DNA of 64,000 nt from an uncultured Spirochaetota bacterium (GTDB lineage Bacteria; Spirochaetota; Spirochaetia; SZUA-6; CAVTHK01), in contig CAVTHK010000001.1 in the NCBI GenBank assembly GCA_963734495.1, forward strand, positions 416,001 to 480,000, written 5' to 3'. The position numbers and the translations under genes were made by a program. Under the pieces are notes generated by a model that was not told the DNA's origin, did not search any database, and saw only the letters and a program-made list of their open reading frames with translations. Every line of letters starts with the position of its first letter. Within the stretch, counting starts at the first letter, position 1. Below, in pieces: positions 19,765 through 29,579 of this stretch.

Positions 19765-20550
19765 GTGACCCGCGTGGTTGCACGATTCGCAGTGGCCGTC
19801 ATGGCGGCCGTCGTCGTCTCGGCGTGCGCCAAGGGGGGCGGCGCCTCGGGGGCAATCGCCTACAAGGACGGCACGTACCGGGGCGCCTACAGCAACGTGG
19901 ACGGCCATGGGTGGAAGCCGCAGCTCGAGATCGTCGTCGAGAAGGGCAGGATCACCCGCGTCAACTACGACGAGGTCAACCCTTCGGGCCAGCTCAAGTC
20001 AGCCGACGCGTCCTATGAGCAGGCGATGAAGGCAGCGAGCCCGACCTCTCCTTCGAAGTACGTCAAGGCGCTCGACGCCGCGCTCGTCGCGAAGCAGAAG
20101 GCGCCGGTCGACGCCGTGAGCGGAGCCACCGGCTCGTCGGACTCCTTCAATGCTCTTGCAGCCGCGCTTCTCGCGAAGGCGGCGACCGGCGACACGACGG
20201 CGGTCGTGCTCCCGATGAACGCGACCTACAGCGCCGAGGACAAGCCGGACGAGAGAGGCTGGACCGGCTCGATCGCCGTCACGTACGCCGACGGCAGGAT
20301 CTCGGCCGTGGTCTATGACGAGGTGAAGAAGGCCGCCGGCAAGGTGACGGCCCGCAAGACCGAGGACCAGGCCTACGCGGATGGGTGGAAGAAGGCGACC
20401 GGCAACACGCCCAGGGACGTCTACCAGAAGCTCGCGGCCTCGCTCGTGGCGAAGCAGGACCCCGCCGCGGTCGACGCGATCAGCGGCGCAAGCGGGACGA
20501 CGCAGCGGTTCAAGGCGCTGGCCGCGGCCGTGGCGGCCCAGCGACAGTAG
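19765..20550 (+). CDS. Lipoprotein with two FMN-binding (flavinylation) domains
   Basis: Lipobox VSAC; YKDGTYRG; two similar halves ending in VDAVSGAT and VDAISGAS; SD GGGAGG. Confidence 0.85.
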   Translation: MTRVVARFAVAVMAAVVVSACAKGGGASGAIAYKDGTYRGAYSNVDGHGWKPQLEIVVEKGRITRVNYDEVNPSGQLKSADASYEQAMKAASPTSPSKYVKALDAALVAKQKAPVDAVSGATGSSDSFNALAAALLAKAATGDTTAVVLPMNATYSAEDKPDERGWTGSIAVTYADGRISAVVYDEVKKAAGKVTARKTEDQAYADGWKKATGNTPRDVYQKLAASLVAKQDPAAVDAISGASGTTQRFKALAAAVAAQRQ

Positions 20551-20561
20551 GACGGCGGCGG

Positions 20562-21524
20562 CTACGGCACCAGCACGATCTTCCCGTGCGAGGGCGCTTC
20601 CATCACCGCGCGGTGGGCGCGGGGGGCGTCGCGCAGCGGGATGCTCTCCTGGATGACCGGCCGGATCGCTCCCGCCTCGATGGCGCCGGCTGTCGCCGCG
20701 TGGATCTCGGCGAGCTCCGCTTCGCTCGACATGTAGAGCAGCAGCCCCCGCACGTCCGCCTCCCGCGCCATCAGCATGCGGGGCGTGATCTGCACGTCGC
20801 CCCGGCTGCCGACGATGACGATGCGTCCGCCGCGGGCGAGCGCGCCGGGGTCTCCCGTCAGGTTCACGTGCGCGAAGTTCTCGACGATGAGGTCCACGCC
20901 CCTGCCGCCGGTGGCGTCCAGGATCCGCTGAAAGTGATCCGGCGACTTGTGGTCGAAGCGTAGCTCCACGCCCTGAGAGGCGAGGAGCCGCGCGCCGGGC
21001 TCGGACCCATAGGTGCCAATGACCCGCAGCCCGCGCATCCGCGCCCACTGAACGGCGGCGATCCCCACGCCCCCCGTAGCCCCGTGCACCAGGACGGTGT
21101 CTCCCGCCCGGGCCTCGCCGCGCTGGAAGAGCGCCCGGTAGGCCGTGCCGTAGTTGACCCACAGGCAGGCGCCCTGCTCGAAGGTGAGGCGCTCCGAGAG
21201 TGGGTGCACCTGCCCCGCGGCGCAGAGGCAGAGCTCGGCGTAGGTTCCCGTGATGGAGCCGGTCGTGTAGACGCGGTCGCCGGGCCGTACGCCCGGGACG
21301 CCGGCGCCGACCGCCTCGACGACGCCCGCGCCGTCGGCGCCAGGAGTGAACGGCAGCGTCCGGTTGTAGCCCTGGCTGCCCGCCCGCTGATAGGTCTCGA
21401 CCGGGTTCACCCCGGCGGCCTTGACCCGGACCAGGACCTGCCCTTCGGCGGGCCGCGGGTCCGCGATCTCTTTGAGGACCATGACTTCGGGGTCGCCGAA
21501 GCGCTCGACGCTGATCGCCTTCAT
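20562..21524 (-). CDS. NADPH:quinone reductase (zeta-crystallin-like MDR)
   Basis: AAGVNPVETYQR, PFTPGADGAG, VLVHGATGGVG, TGGRGVDLI and C-terminal GKIVLVP. Confidence 0.92.
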   Translation of the reverse strand: MKAISVERFGDPEVMVLKEIADPRPAEGQVLVRVKAAGVNPVETYQRAGSQGYNRTLPFTPGADGAGVVEAVGAGVPGVRPGDRVYTTGSITGTYAELCLCAAGQVHPLSERLTFEQGACLWVNYGTAYRALFQRGEARAGDTVLVHGATGGVGIAAVQWARMRGLRVIGTYGSEPGARLLASQGVELRFDHKSPDHFQRILDATGGRGVDLIVENFAHVNLTGDPGALARGGRIVIVGSRGDVQITPRMLMAREADVRGLLLYMSSEAELAEIHAATAGAIEAGAIRPVIQESIPLRDAPRAHRAVMEAPSHGKIVLVP

Positions 21525-21589
21525 GTGGAAATGCTAATGGATCGCGGGCCCCGGCGGCAAACGCCGGAGCCCGTTCGATTTCGCGAGCG

Positions 21590-23749
21590 CTATCTGCCGC
21601 GATACGTCCAGCTCTCGGCCGACGGCGCCGCGAGCGCCTCGGCCGCGGGCCGGGCTTTGGTCGCATGCGAGTAGACGCTGTAGACGGGAGCCTGGCCCTC
21701 GGCGGTGAGCTTCCCGCGGGCCGTGGAAACCTCGAACACGTAGCGCACGGTGCTGCCTTCGGGCAGCCGGCCCGCCGCAACGACCGTGCCCTGGATCGGA
21801 GCGTCCGGGTCGTAGACCTGCTTGTCCGCAGCCAGCTGCTTCCCGGTGGAGTCGAACACGGTGAGCAGCAGCTCGGCGCGGTCGGCGCCGCGCGCCTGCT
21901 TCTTGCGGGTGACCGCGTCGCCGGCGGCCTGCAGCTGGCGCTTGACCCCGGCAGGAATCGCCGGGAGGCTGTACCGGAACCCGAAGGCCACCTGCGTGCC
22001 GAGAGCGGGCCAGGCGACGTCCGGGGCGTCGCTGAACCGGAAATCGGCGAAGGTGAAGTCGAGCGCTGGCCCTGCGACGCGTGCGACGATCGTCGCGTTC
22101 ACGCTCCTGCCCGCCGCGGTGAGGATCGACACCTGGCACTCGATCATGCGCGAGGCGTCGACGCGCAGGTCGTAGCTCTGCTCGAACGCGTCCACACCGC
22201 TCTGGCGCGTCGGGATCGCGACGTCGTGCGTCAGGAACCACTCCGCCTGGCGATAGGCGCGCATGCGGATGGTCGCCACGGCCCGCAGCGGATCGCTCGG
22301 GGTCCACCCGTCGACGTTGCTGGGGTTGATCCTGGGCCAGCTCACCTTGACTCTGACCTGCGCGGCGCCCGTGTCGACGATGCTCGCGACGCCCGGCACC
22401 GGGGTGACCGCCGCGGGCGCGGCAGGCGCCGGCGCGGCGGGGGCGGCCGGAGCCGCCGGACCGGCCTGCGGGCCAGCGCCCTGGCCGGGGCCGACGCCCG
22501 GCTTCGTCGCGCCCGGCGGCTGATGTCCCGCGGGAGCCGAGGGACTCGGGGGCGCGATCGCGGGCCCGGTCGGCGGTGGAGGCGTCTGGGCGATCGGGAC
22601 GAACGCGCCGCCAGCCACGAGGATCCGCGTGATCGCGTCCGCCTGCGGGTTGCGCCGCGCCAGCACGATCGGCGTCTCGCCCGCGCCGTTGGACGCGTTC
22701 ACGTTGATGCCGGCGGTCACGAGCAGCCTCACGGTGTCGGCGTCGCTGGCGCGCGCGGCCACGTGCAGCGGGCTGTTCCCGGCGCGGTCCACGACGCGCG
22801 GGTTGGCGCCCCGAAGGAGCAGCTGGCGGACGACCTCGACGTTGGGCCGCGCCGCCGCGGCCAGCAGCGCCGTCTGGCCCGAGGAGGCGACCGCGTTCGG
22901 GTCGGCTCCTCTTTCGAGCAGGAATCCCACCGACTCGAGGCTGCCCTTGCCCGCCGCGGCCATCAGCACCGTCTCGCCCGCGGCGTTGCGGGCGCTCGCG
23001 GACGCGCCCTCGTCGACGAGCAGGGCGACGAGGCGATCGTTGCCTGCCGCGGCCAGGAGCAGCGGGGTCCCGGCGCGATCTCTCGCTTCGGGGTCGAGAC
23101 CTCTGTCCAGCAGCAGCATCAGCACTTCGATGTTGCCCGAACCGGCGGCACGAAACGCCACCTGGGTCGCGGCCTCCGAAGCCGGATCGAGGGGAGCGCC
23201 CCGGTCGGCCAGGAGCCGCGCGACGGCGTTGACCTGGGCCGGCTGCTGCGCGCTGCGGTCGAGCGCGGTGAGCAGCGCAGTGTAGCCGCCGTTGGTCATC
23301 ACATCGAGCGCGGCTCGTTTCTCGAGCAGCAGCTGCACGCTCGGCAGCTGGCCCGCGCCCGAGGCGAGGATCAGGGAGGTCGCGCCCGAGTTGTCGCGGG
23401 CATCGATCTTCGCGCCCCGCTCCAGGAGAAGCTGCACGACCACGACCTGCCCCGCCGACGTCGCGTACATCAGCGCGGTCCGGCCCTGGCTGTCGCGCAT
23501 CTCGATGTTGGCACCCGAGTCCAGCAGCAGCCTCGCCGACTCGACCTGGCCCGCCGAGGCCGCGATCATGAGCAGCGACCCACCCCCTCGCTGGGGCGCG
23601 TTGACGTCGCCGCCCTTGGCGATGTACTCGGACAGCTCTCGGACGTCGCCCGTGCGGGTCGCCTTGACCTCGGCGCTCGCACAGCCCGCGAGCGCCACCA
23701 GGAGCGCGGACAGTCCCGCGCAGATGACTACGGTGTGCAGATGTCTCAT
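21590..23749 (-). CDS. Ankyrin-repeat lipoprotein with a Pro/Ala linker and an unrecognised C-terminal region
   Basis: Signal peptide with lipobox LAGC; about 11 ankyrin repeats (e.g. GRTALMYA...LLLERGAKID); P/A-rich linker; about 260 aa C-terminal region. Confidence 0.9.
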   Translation of the reverse strand: MRHLHTVVICAGLSALLVALAGCASAEVKATRTGDVRELSEYIAKGGDVNAPQRGGGSLLMIAASAGQVESARLLLDSGANIEMRDSQGRTALMYATSAGQVVVVQLLLERGAKIDARDNSGATSLILASGAGQLPSVQLLLEKRAALDVMTNGGYTALLTALDRSAQQPAQVNAVARLLADRGAPLDPASEAATQVAFRAAGSGNIEVLMLLLDRGLDPEARDRAGTPLLLAAAGNDRLVALLVDEGASASARNAAGETVLMAAAGKGSLESVGFLLERGADPNAVASSGQTALLAAAARPNVEVVRQLLLRGANPRVVDRAGNSPLHVAARASDADTVRLLVTAGINVNASNGAGETPIVLARRNPQADAITRILVAGGAFVPIAQTPPPPTGPAIAPPSPSAPAGHQPPGATKPGVGPGQGAGPQAGPAAPAAPAAPAPAAPAAVTPVPGVASIVDTGAAQVRVKVSWPRINPSNVDGWTPSDPLRAVATIRMRAYRQAEWFLTHDVAIPTRQSGVDAFEQSYDLRVDASRMIECQVSILTAAGRSVNATIVARVAGPALDFTFADFRFSDAPDVAWPALGTQVAFGFRYSLPAIPAGVKRQLQAAGDAVTRKKQARGADRAELLLTVFDSTGKQLAADKQVYDPDAPIQGTVVAAGRLPEGSTVRYVFEVSTARGKLTAEGQAPVYSVYSHATKARPAAEALAAPSAESWTYRGR

Positions 23750-23832
23750 TCTCTACTCCCCCTTAGCAGTATCGGGCGGTCCCGGCCCTGCCCCCGCCTT
23801 GAATTCCGCGCGTCCGGGATTTACCCTGTCTC

Positions 23833-25107
23833 GTGATCGTCGCGATCCTCGCCGTCCTCATCCTCCTCAACGGCTTCTTCGCGCTGGTCGAGATCGCGTT
23901 CGTCTCAGCCAGGCGCCCCCGCCTCGAGGAGATGGCGCTCAAGGGCCGGACGGGGGCCCGTCTTGCGCTCCAGCTCCTCTCGGAGCCGGAGCGGTTCTTT
24001 TCCGCCATCCAGGTGGGTGTCACGCTCATCGGCGTGTTCAACGGAGCTCTCGGCGCTCTCGCGTACGCCGACCGCCTCGCAGACGTCGTTGCCCGCGTCC
24101 CCGGGCTGGCGCCGGCAGCGCACCAGGTCTCAACGGCCATTGTAGTCCTCGGGATCACTTATCTCTCGATCGTAGTGGGCGAGCTCGCGCCCAAAATCAT
24201 CGCCCTCCGCGCCCCCGAGCGCATCGCCGTGGCCGCTGCGCCCTGGATCAGCGTCTTCATCCGCGTCGCGCTCCCGTTGGTGTCTTTCCTCGGGCTCTCG
24301 ACCCGCCTGCTGATCCGGGCCCTGGGGATGGAAGGCGTGAGGCAGGAGGAGAGCGACCGCAGGGAGGAGATCCTCGTCCTGGTTCGCCTCGCCGCTGCCC
24401 GCAGGGAGATCTCGTCGGAGCAGGAGCGCATCTTCGCGCGCACGATGGGGCTCGCGACGGTGCGCGCATCGGACATCATGATCGAGCGCAGGGACATGAA
24501 GACCCTGTCGACGTCGATGACCCTGACGCAGGCGCTCATCGAGGCGCACGTGAGCCACCACACGCGCTTCCCCCTCGTCGACAGCGACGCGGGCGGCGGC
24601 GTCATCGGCTACGTGAACTTCAAGGACATCGTCAGCGCCCTGCAGCTCAACCCGCGGGATCCGTCGCTGCGGGGCATCTGCCGCCCGATCATGACGGTGA
24701 GCCGGGACGACGGCGTCGCCGAGCTGCTGCCCAGGATGATCCGCCAGTACCAGCACGTCGCCGTCGTCGCCGACGCGGCGGGCGCCGTCCTCGGCATGGT
24801 CTCGATGGAGGACATCGTCGAGACCATCGTGGGCGACATCTACGACGAGTACGACATGCTGCCGTCCTACGTGTACCCGATCACAGAGACGCGCTTCGTG
24901 GTCGGCGGCGGAGTCAGGGTGCACGCGCTGCGCGAGAAGCTCGGTCTCGAGCTGCCGCAGCTCGACGAGCCGCTCTCCCAGTGGCTCAAGGAGATCGCGG
25001 AGCGGCCGCCGCGCGTCGAGGACCGCATCCGCTGGAAGAACGCGGTTTTCATCCCGCGCAGGATCAGCCGCTCGGAGATCCGCGAAGTCATCGTGGACAA
25101 AAGCTGA
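23833..25107 (+). CDS. Hemolysin-family CNNM/CBS/CorC membrane protein
   Basis: LNGFFALVEIAFVSAR, IQVGVTLIG, VVGELAPK, HTRFPL, MEDIVETIVGDIYDEYD. Confidence 0.92.
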   Translation: MIVAILAVLILLNGFFALVEIAFVSARRPRLEEMALKGRTGARLALQLLSEPERFFSAIQVGVTLIGVFNGALGALAYADRLADVVARVPGLAPAAHQVSTAIVVLGITYLSIVVGELAPKIIALRAPERIAVAAAPWISVFIRVALPLVSFLGLSTRLLIRALGMEGVRQEESDRREEILVLVRLAAARREISSEQERIFARTMGLATVRASDIMIERRDMKTLSTSMTLTQALIEAHVSHHTRFPLVDSDAGGGVIGYVNFKDIVSALQLNPRDPSLRGICRPIMTVSRDDGVAELLPRMIRQYQHVAVVADAAGAVLGMVSMEDIVETIVGDIYDEYDMLPSYVYPITETRFVVGGGVRVHALREKLGLELPQLDEPLSQWLKEIAERPPRVEDRIRWKNAVFIPRRISRSEIREVIVDKS

Positions 25108-25168
25108 AGGGCTGCGCGCCGCATCCGCGGTTGCCGCCCGCAGCCGCGGCGTCGGCGGCGCGCGCCCG

Positions 25169-25199
25169 TTGACAACGAATATCGTCGTTCCGCTATAAT
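25169..25199 (+). promoter_or_regulatory. Consensus sigma70 promoter with a palindromic spacer (putative operator)
   Basis: TTGACA (25169-25174), 19 nt, TATAAT (25194-25199). AACGA-N6-TCGTT spans 25174-25189. Confidence 0.7.
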
Positions 25200-25412
25200 G
25201 CGCGGGCCGGTGACACACCATCCAGGTCTTCGCAAACCGAGTGTGCGGTTCACGAGAGTCTGACGCCACCCTGCGCTCAGACGCGCATCGGGGCGAAGTA
25301 AAGGCTGAATGCAAGGGAGGTGGCAACGGGATGACAGACAGAGGGGTCCCCGCACTCGCCGAACGAGGCACCGGGGATTGACGGTACCACGACAGAACAG
25401 GAGGAATCGCTG

Positions 25413-26726
25413 ATGTCCAGAAAGATTTCGGCAGTATTGCTGGCAATCGCCCTCGCAGCGGCCGTCGGGTGGGCCGGCGGTCAGAAGGAGCCCGGCACCG
25501 CCGCGGCCAAGCAGAAAGTCACCCTGAGGTTCGCCACCGGATCGCTGGTCGACCGGGGCGGAACGGTGACAAAGGGACTTCTCGCCTCCTACCTGGAGAA
25601 GAACCCCAACGTCACCATCACCATCGAGGAGTACCAGGGCAACGACCTGATCACGGCCATCAACACCGCGATCATGGCGAAGAACACCCCGGACGTGTTC
25701 ACGTTCTGGCGGCCCGAGTCGGGCTGGAACGTCCCGTCGTACGCCCGGTCGGGCGCTCTCGCGGACTTGACGGAGCTGAGCAAGAACCCGGCGTTGAAAG
25801 ACGTGTTCCCCGAGTACGCCTGGAGGACCGCGAAGCAGATCGACGGGATCGTCTACTGCATCCCGCGCACGAGCTACTTCGACGAGTTCGTCGTTCACAA
25901 GACCGTCTTCGACAAGAACGGGATCCCGATGCCCACGACCTGGGACGCCCTCGTGAACGCCGTCAAGGCGCTCAAATCGAAGAACATCATCCCGTGGGTC
26001 AACACCACCGGACCGCTGCTCGACGATTCGTCCCGGCTCTTCTTCAACATCCTAAACCGCGTCGTGGGCAACGAGAAGGCCCTCAAGCTCATGGGAGGCA
26101 CCGAGTCCTGGCTCGCCCCCGACGTGCAGCCGGCTCTCGAATACACCGTCGCGGTCGCCGCCAACAACGGCCCGCCCGACCAGAGCGTCCTCAGCACGAG
26201 CCAGGCGATCGCCAAGTACCTGAACACCGGCGCCGCGGGCATGTTCCTCAACAACAACGGCCAGATCAACACGGCAGTCTCGACCGCGGTCATGCCCGAC
26301 CTGGTCGCCCTGCCGTTCCCGGCGACCCCCGTCATCGTCGAGAAGGGCTCGTCGACCGAGGCGGACGTCACGAACCTCGTGTACGCGAGCTCGGTCGCAT
26401 ACAAGGACCCCGTGAAGAAGCCGTACATCGACGAGCTCATCATCAAGCTCTGCGACAAGGCGGCGGGCAAGGCTTACATCGAGCAGGCCGGCCAGACGGT
26501 TCCGCACCTCGGCCTGAACGTCAACACGTCGCTCGTCGCGAAGTTCATTCTCGACGCCAACGCGATCGCGGAGAAGCAGATCGGCAACAAGTGGCTGCTC
26601 TCGTACATCTCGGCGGACAACAGGAATTCGTTCAGGGAAGTCATCAACAACGTGTGGTACGGCAAGCTGGACGCGAAGCAGATGGCCGAGGCGCTGCAGA
26701 AAGCGCTCTACGGCAAGCCGAACTGA
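25413..26726 (+). CDS. Extracellular sugar-binding protein of an ABC transporter
   Basis: SD AGGAGG; signal peptide ...VGWAGGQKE; PDVFTFW, VYCIPR and PTTWDAL motifs. Confidence 0.92.
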   Translation: MSRKISAVLLAIALAAAVGWAGGQKEPGTAAAKQKVTLRFATGSLVDRGGTVTKGLLASYLEKNPNVTITIEEYQGNDLITAINTAIMAKNTPDVFTFWRPESGWNVPSYARSGALADLTELSKNPALKDVFPEYAWRTAKQIDGIVYCIPRTSYFDEFVVHKTVFDKNGIPMPTTWDALVNAVKALKSKNIIPWVNTTGPLLDDSSRLFFNILNRVVGNEKALKLMGGTESWLAPDVQPALEYTVAVAANNGPPDQSVLSTSQAIAKYLNTGAAGMFLNNNGQINTAVSTAVMPDLVALPFPATPVIVEKGSSTEADVTNLVYASSVAYKDPVKKPYIDELIIKLCDKAAGKAYIEQAGQTVPHLGLNVNTSLVAKFILDANAIAEKQIGNKWLLSYISADNRNSFREVINNVWYGKLDAKQMAEALQKALYGKPN

Positions 26727-26745
26727 TCGGCGGACCGGACAGACA

Positions 26746-26786
26746 GGCGTCGGGCCGCGGGACGACCGGTTCCGCGGCCCGTCGCC
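26746..26786 (+). terminator. Stem-loop between the binding-protein and permease genes
   Basis: CGGGCCGCGG (26751-26760) pairs with CCGCGGCCCG (26772-26781), extended by GGCG/CGCC. Confidence 0.5.
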
Positions 26787-26806
26787 GTTCAAGAGAGGGT
26801 CGACGC

Positions 26807-27685
26807 GTGGGAATTCTCAAGATGAGCAGGGCCGTGTACCTCTTCCTCCTGCCGGCGCTGGCTCTCTACCTGACCTTCTTCGTCTTCCCCTTCGCCCAGA
26901 CCGCCATCTACAGCCTCACGAAGTGGGACGGGATCTCCGCCGCCGTCTTCGTCGGGCTCAAGAACTTCGTCACGCTGCTGTCGGACGAGGTGTTCCGCGC
27001 GGCGGTGTCCAGGATCTTCATCTGGGCGGCGCTTTCCATCACCTTCAAGGTGGGCTCGGCCCTCGTCATCGCGTACGTCCTCCGCAAGCCGATGAAAGGC
27101 ATCCGCTTCTTCCGCACCGTCGTCTTCTTCCCGTACATCATCTCCGCTTCGGCGATGTGCCTCATCTTCGTGGTGGCCTATGACAAGGAGATCGGGCCCA
27201 TCAACATGCTGCTCAGGGCGGCCGGGCTCGGACAGCTCGCACGGTACTGGCTCGCCGACGCGGACACCGCCTTCTACGCGGTCATCGCCGTGCCGATCTA
27301 CCAGGCGGTCGGCTACTTCTTCGTCATCCTGCTCGCGGCCATGCAGGACGTGCCTCAGGAGCTCTACGACGCCGGCAGGATCGACGGCGCCGGCGGCGTC
27401 GCGGAGTTCCTCCACATCACGATCCCCTATATCTGGGGAACGCTGACCGTGTGCATCATCCTCGCGATCAACGGAGCGTTCAACGACTTTACGTACGTGT
27501 TCATCCTGACGGGCGGCGGCCCCGGGCACGCGAGCGAGGTGCCCGCCACCTACATGTACAAAGAGATCTTCGTGAACTACAAGTTCGGATACGGGAGCTC
27601 GGTGGCCATGGGCATCTTCATCCTGACGCTGGGCGTCACGATGCTGGTCCGCAAGGGCCTGACGACCCGGTTCCGCACGGAGTAG
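26807..27685 (+). CDS. Carbohydrate ABC transporter permease (MalF-like)
   Basis: FVGLKNF, AAMQDVPQELYDAGRIDGAG, LTGGGPG and FGYGSS. Start is GTG 26807 or ATG 26822. Confidence 0.92.
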   Translation: MGILKMSRAVYLFLLPALALYLTFFVFPFAQTAIYSLTKWDGISAAVFVGLKNFVTLLSDEVFRAAVSRIFIWAALSITFKVGSALVIAYVLRKPMKGIRFFRTVVFFPYIISASAMCLIFVVAYDKEIGPINMLLRAAGLGQLARYWLADADTAFYAVIAVPIYQAVGYFFVILLAAMQDVPQELYDAGRIDGAGGVAEFLHITIPYIWGTLTVCIILAINGAFNDFTYVFILTGGGPGHASEVPATYMYKEIFVNYKFGYGSSVAMGIFILTLGVTMLVRKGLTTRFRTE

Positions 27686-27750
27686 GGCTTGGATCAGCCG
27701 ATGCGGTCATTCGGGGCAGCACAAAAAGGCCGCCATACGGAGGCGACGTC

Positions 27751-28584
27751 GTGATCCCGGTGAAAGACGCGGTTGCCCGGGTCGTGAAGGTCGCCTTCCT
27801 GCTCCTCGTGGTCGTGATGTCGCTGTTCCCGGTCTACTGGACCTTCGTGAACTCCTTTCGCGACAACACCCAGATCATGACCTCGTTCAGGGTCTTTCCG
27901 GAGCAGGTGCAGCCCACCAACTACGTCAACGTGTTCCTGCGCTCGAAGATCGCCCTGAACTTCATGAACTCCGTCGTGATCGTCACCTCCAAGCTGCTCC
28001 TCCTGTCGATCGCCGCGCTCACGGCCTCGTTCGCCATCTCGCGGTACAGGTTCAGGCTCGGCGTCGCCGTCTACTTCCTCTTCATAGCCGGGATCTTCGT
28101 GCCCGGCATCACGATGATCGGCATGATCTACAAGCTGCTGAGCCAGCTCGGGCTGCTCGGCACCAAGCTCGGCATCGTGCTTCTGTACTCGACGTCGAGC
28201 CTTCCGCTGTCCATATTTCTTCTCGTCGCGTTCATGAAGACGATCCCGAGCGAGCTCGACGAGTCGGCCACCATCGACGGGTGCAACCCGTGGCAGCTGT
28301 TCGCGCGCATCATATTCCCCCTCAGCCGCAACGGCATGGTGGTCGTGCTGATCATCGCCTTCGTCGTCGCCTGGAACGACTACATCTGGGCGATGCTGCT
28401 GCTGCCCACGCAGACCGCGAGGACCTTCACCGTGGCCCTGGCTTTCTTCAAGACCGAGTACTACACCGACTACTCGCTGCTGTCGGCGTGCGTCATCGTG
28501 GGCCTCGCGCCTGTGATCGTCGGGTACGCGTTCCTGCAGGACAAGCTCATCACCGGCCTCACGGCCGCGTCCGTAAAGGGATAG
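27751..28584 (+). CDS. Carbohydrate ABC transporter permease (MalG-like)
   Basis: GTG after GGAGG; IPSELDESATIDGC, AWNDY and GLTAASVKG. Confidence 0.92.
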   Translation: MIPVKDAVARVVKVAFLLLVVVMSLFPVYWTFVNSFRDNTQIMTSFRVFPEQVQPTNYVNVFLRSKIALNFMNSVVIVTSKLLLLSIAALTASFAISRYRFRLGVAVYFLFIAGIFVPGITMIGMIYKLLSQLGLLGTKLGIVLLYSTSSLPLSIFLLVAFMKTIPSELDESATIDGCNPWQLFARIIFPLSRNGMVVVLIIAFVVAWNDYIWAMLLLPTQTARTFTVALAFFKTEYYTDYSLLSACVIVGLAPVIVGYAFLQDKLITGLTAASVKG

Positions 28585-28594
28585 AAAGGCAAGC

Positions 28595-29455
28595 ATGGAG
28601 TACGTCGATTTCGGCGGGACCGGCAGGAAAGTGAGCCGGATCGGCTTTGGCGGAGCGGTCGCAGGGCTCAAGAACTACCTGCATGAGTACGATCCCGACA
28701 GGGACGAGAGCGTCAAGGGCGTCGTCGAGGCCATCGAGAAGGCGCTGGAGCTCGGCATCACCTATTTCGACACGGCCCCCGGCTACGGCGACGGGCGGAG
28801 CGAGAGGATGTTCGGCGAGGCGCTCGCGTCGGTCGACCCGTCGCGCATCTTTCTCGCGACGAAGCTTCCCTACGGCGACAGGAACGCCGTGTTCCGGTCG
28901 GTCGAGGCGAGCCTCAAGCGCCTCAAGCGCGACTTTGTCGACCTCATCCAGATCCACGGCAACTCGTACACGCACGAGCGGACCGCTTCCATCCTCGCGA
29001 AGGGCGGAATGCTCGAGGCGATGGAGGAGCTGAAGCGGCAGGGCGCGGTCAGGTACCTCGGCTTCACGACCGAGGACAACAACGACGGCGTGTACGCGCT
29101 GATGGACAGCGGCCGTTTCGACGCGATCCAGATGTGCTACAACTTCATCTTCCAGCACCCCTACGAGCCGAGCCGGCCGTTCGGCAGCCTGCTGGACGCC
29201 GAGGAGCACGGACTCGGCATCGCCACCATGCGCGCGCCCACCTCGGGAACCTTCCAGCGGTGGATCAGGATGGTGAATCCGGCCAATACGTTCGACTACA
29301 CGCGGGCGCTGATCCAGTTCGTGCTCTCCAATCCGCACGTCGACGTCGCGCTGATCGGGATGCGGACCGCGCGGCGCGTGATCGAGAACGTCGACATCTG
29401 CAACGACACGGCCGGCCGGATCGACCTGAGCAAGCTGCACACCCGCTACGTCTGA
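28595..29455 (+). CDS. Aldo/keto reductase
   Basis: GGTGRKVSRIGFG, YFDTAPGYGDGRSE, SLKRLKRDFVDLIQIH, GAVRYLGFT. Confidence 0.92.
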   Translation: MEYVDFGGTGRKVSRIGFGGAVAGLKNYLHEYDPDRDESVKGVVEAIEKALELGITYFDTAPGYGDGRSERMFGEALASVDPSRIFLATKLPYGDRNAVFRSVEASLKRLKRDFVDLIQIHGNSYTHERTASILAKGGMLEAMEELKRQGAVRYLGFTTEDNNDGVYALMDSGRFDAIQMCYNFIFQHPYEPSRPFGSLLDAEEHGLGIATMRAPTSGTFQRWIRMVNPANTFDYTRALIQFVLSNPHVDVALIGMRTARRVIENVDICNDTAGRIDLSKLHTRYV

Positions 29456-29579
29456 ATGACGCGGCCGCCCCGGCGCGTCGAGGCGCGGGCGGCCGGCGGC
29501 CTTCCTTCAAAGCACATCCTCTTCCTTGACGCGCGGTCTGCGCCGTGCTACCTCACAATCGACAGCGAAAGGAGTCGGA

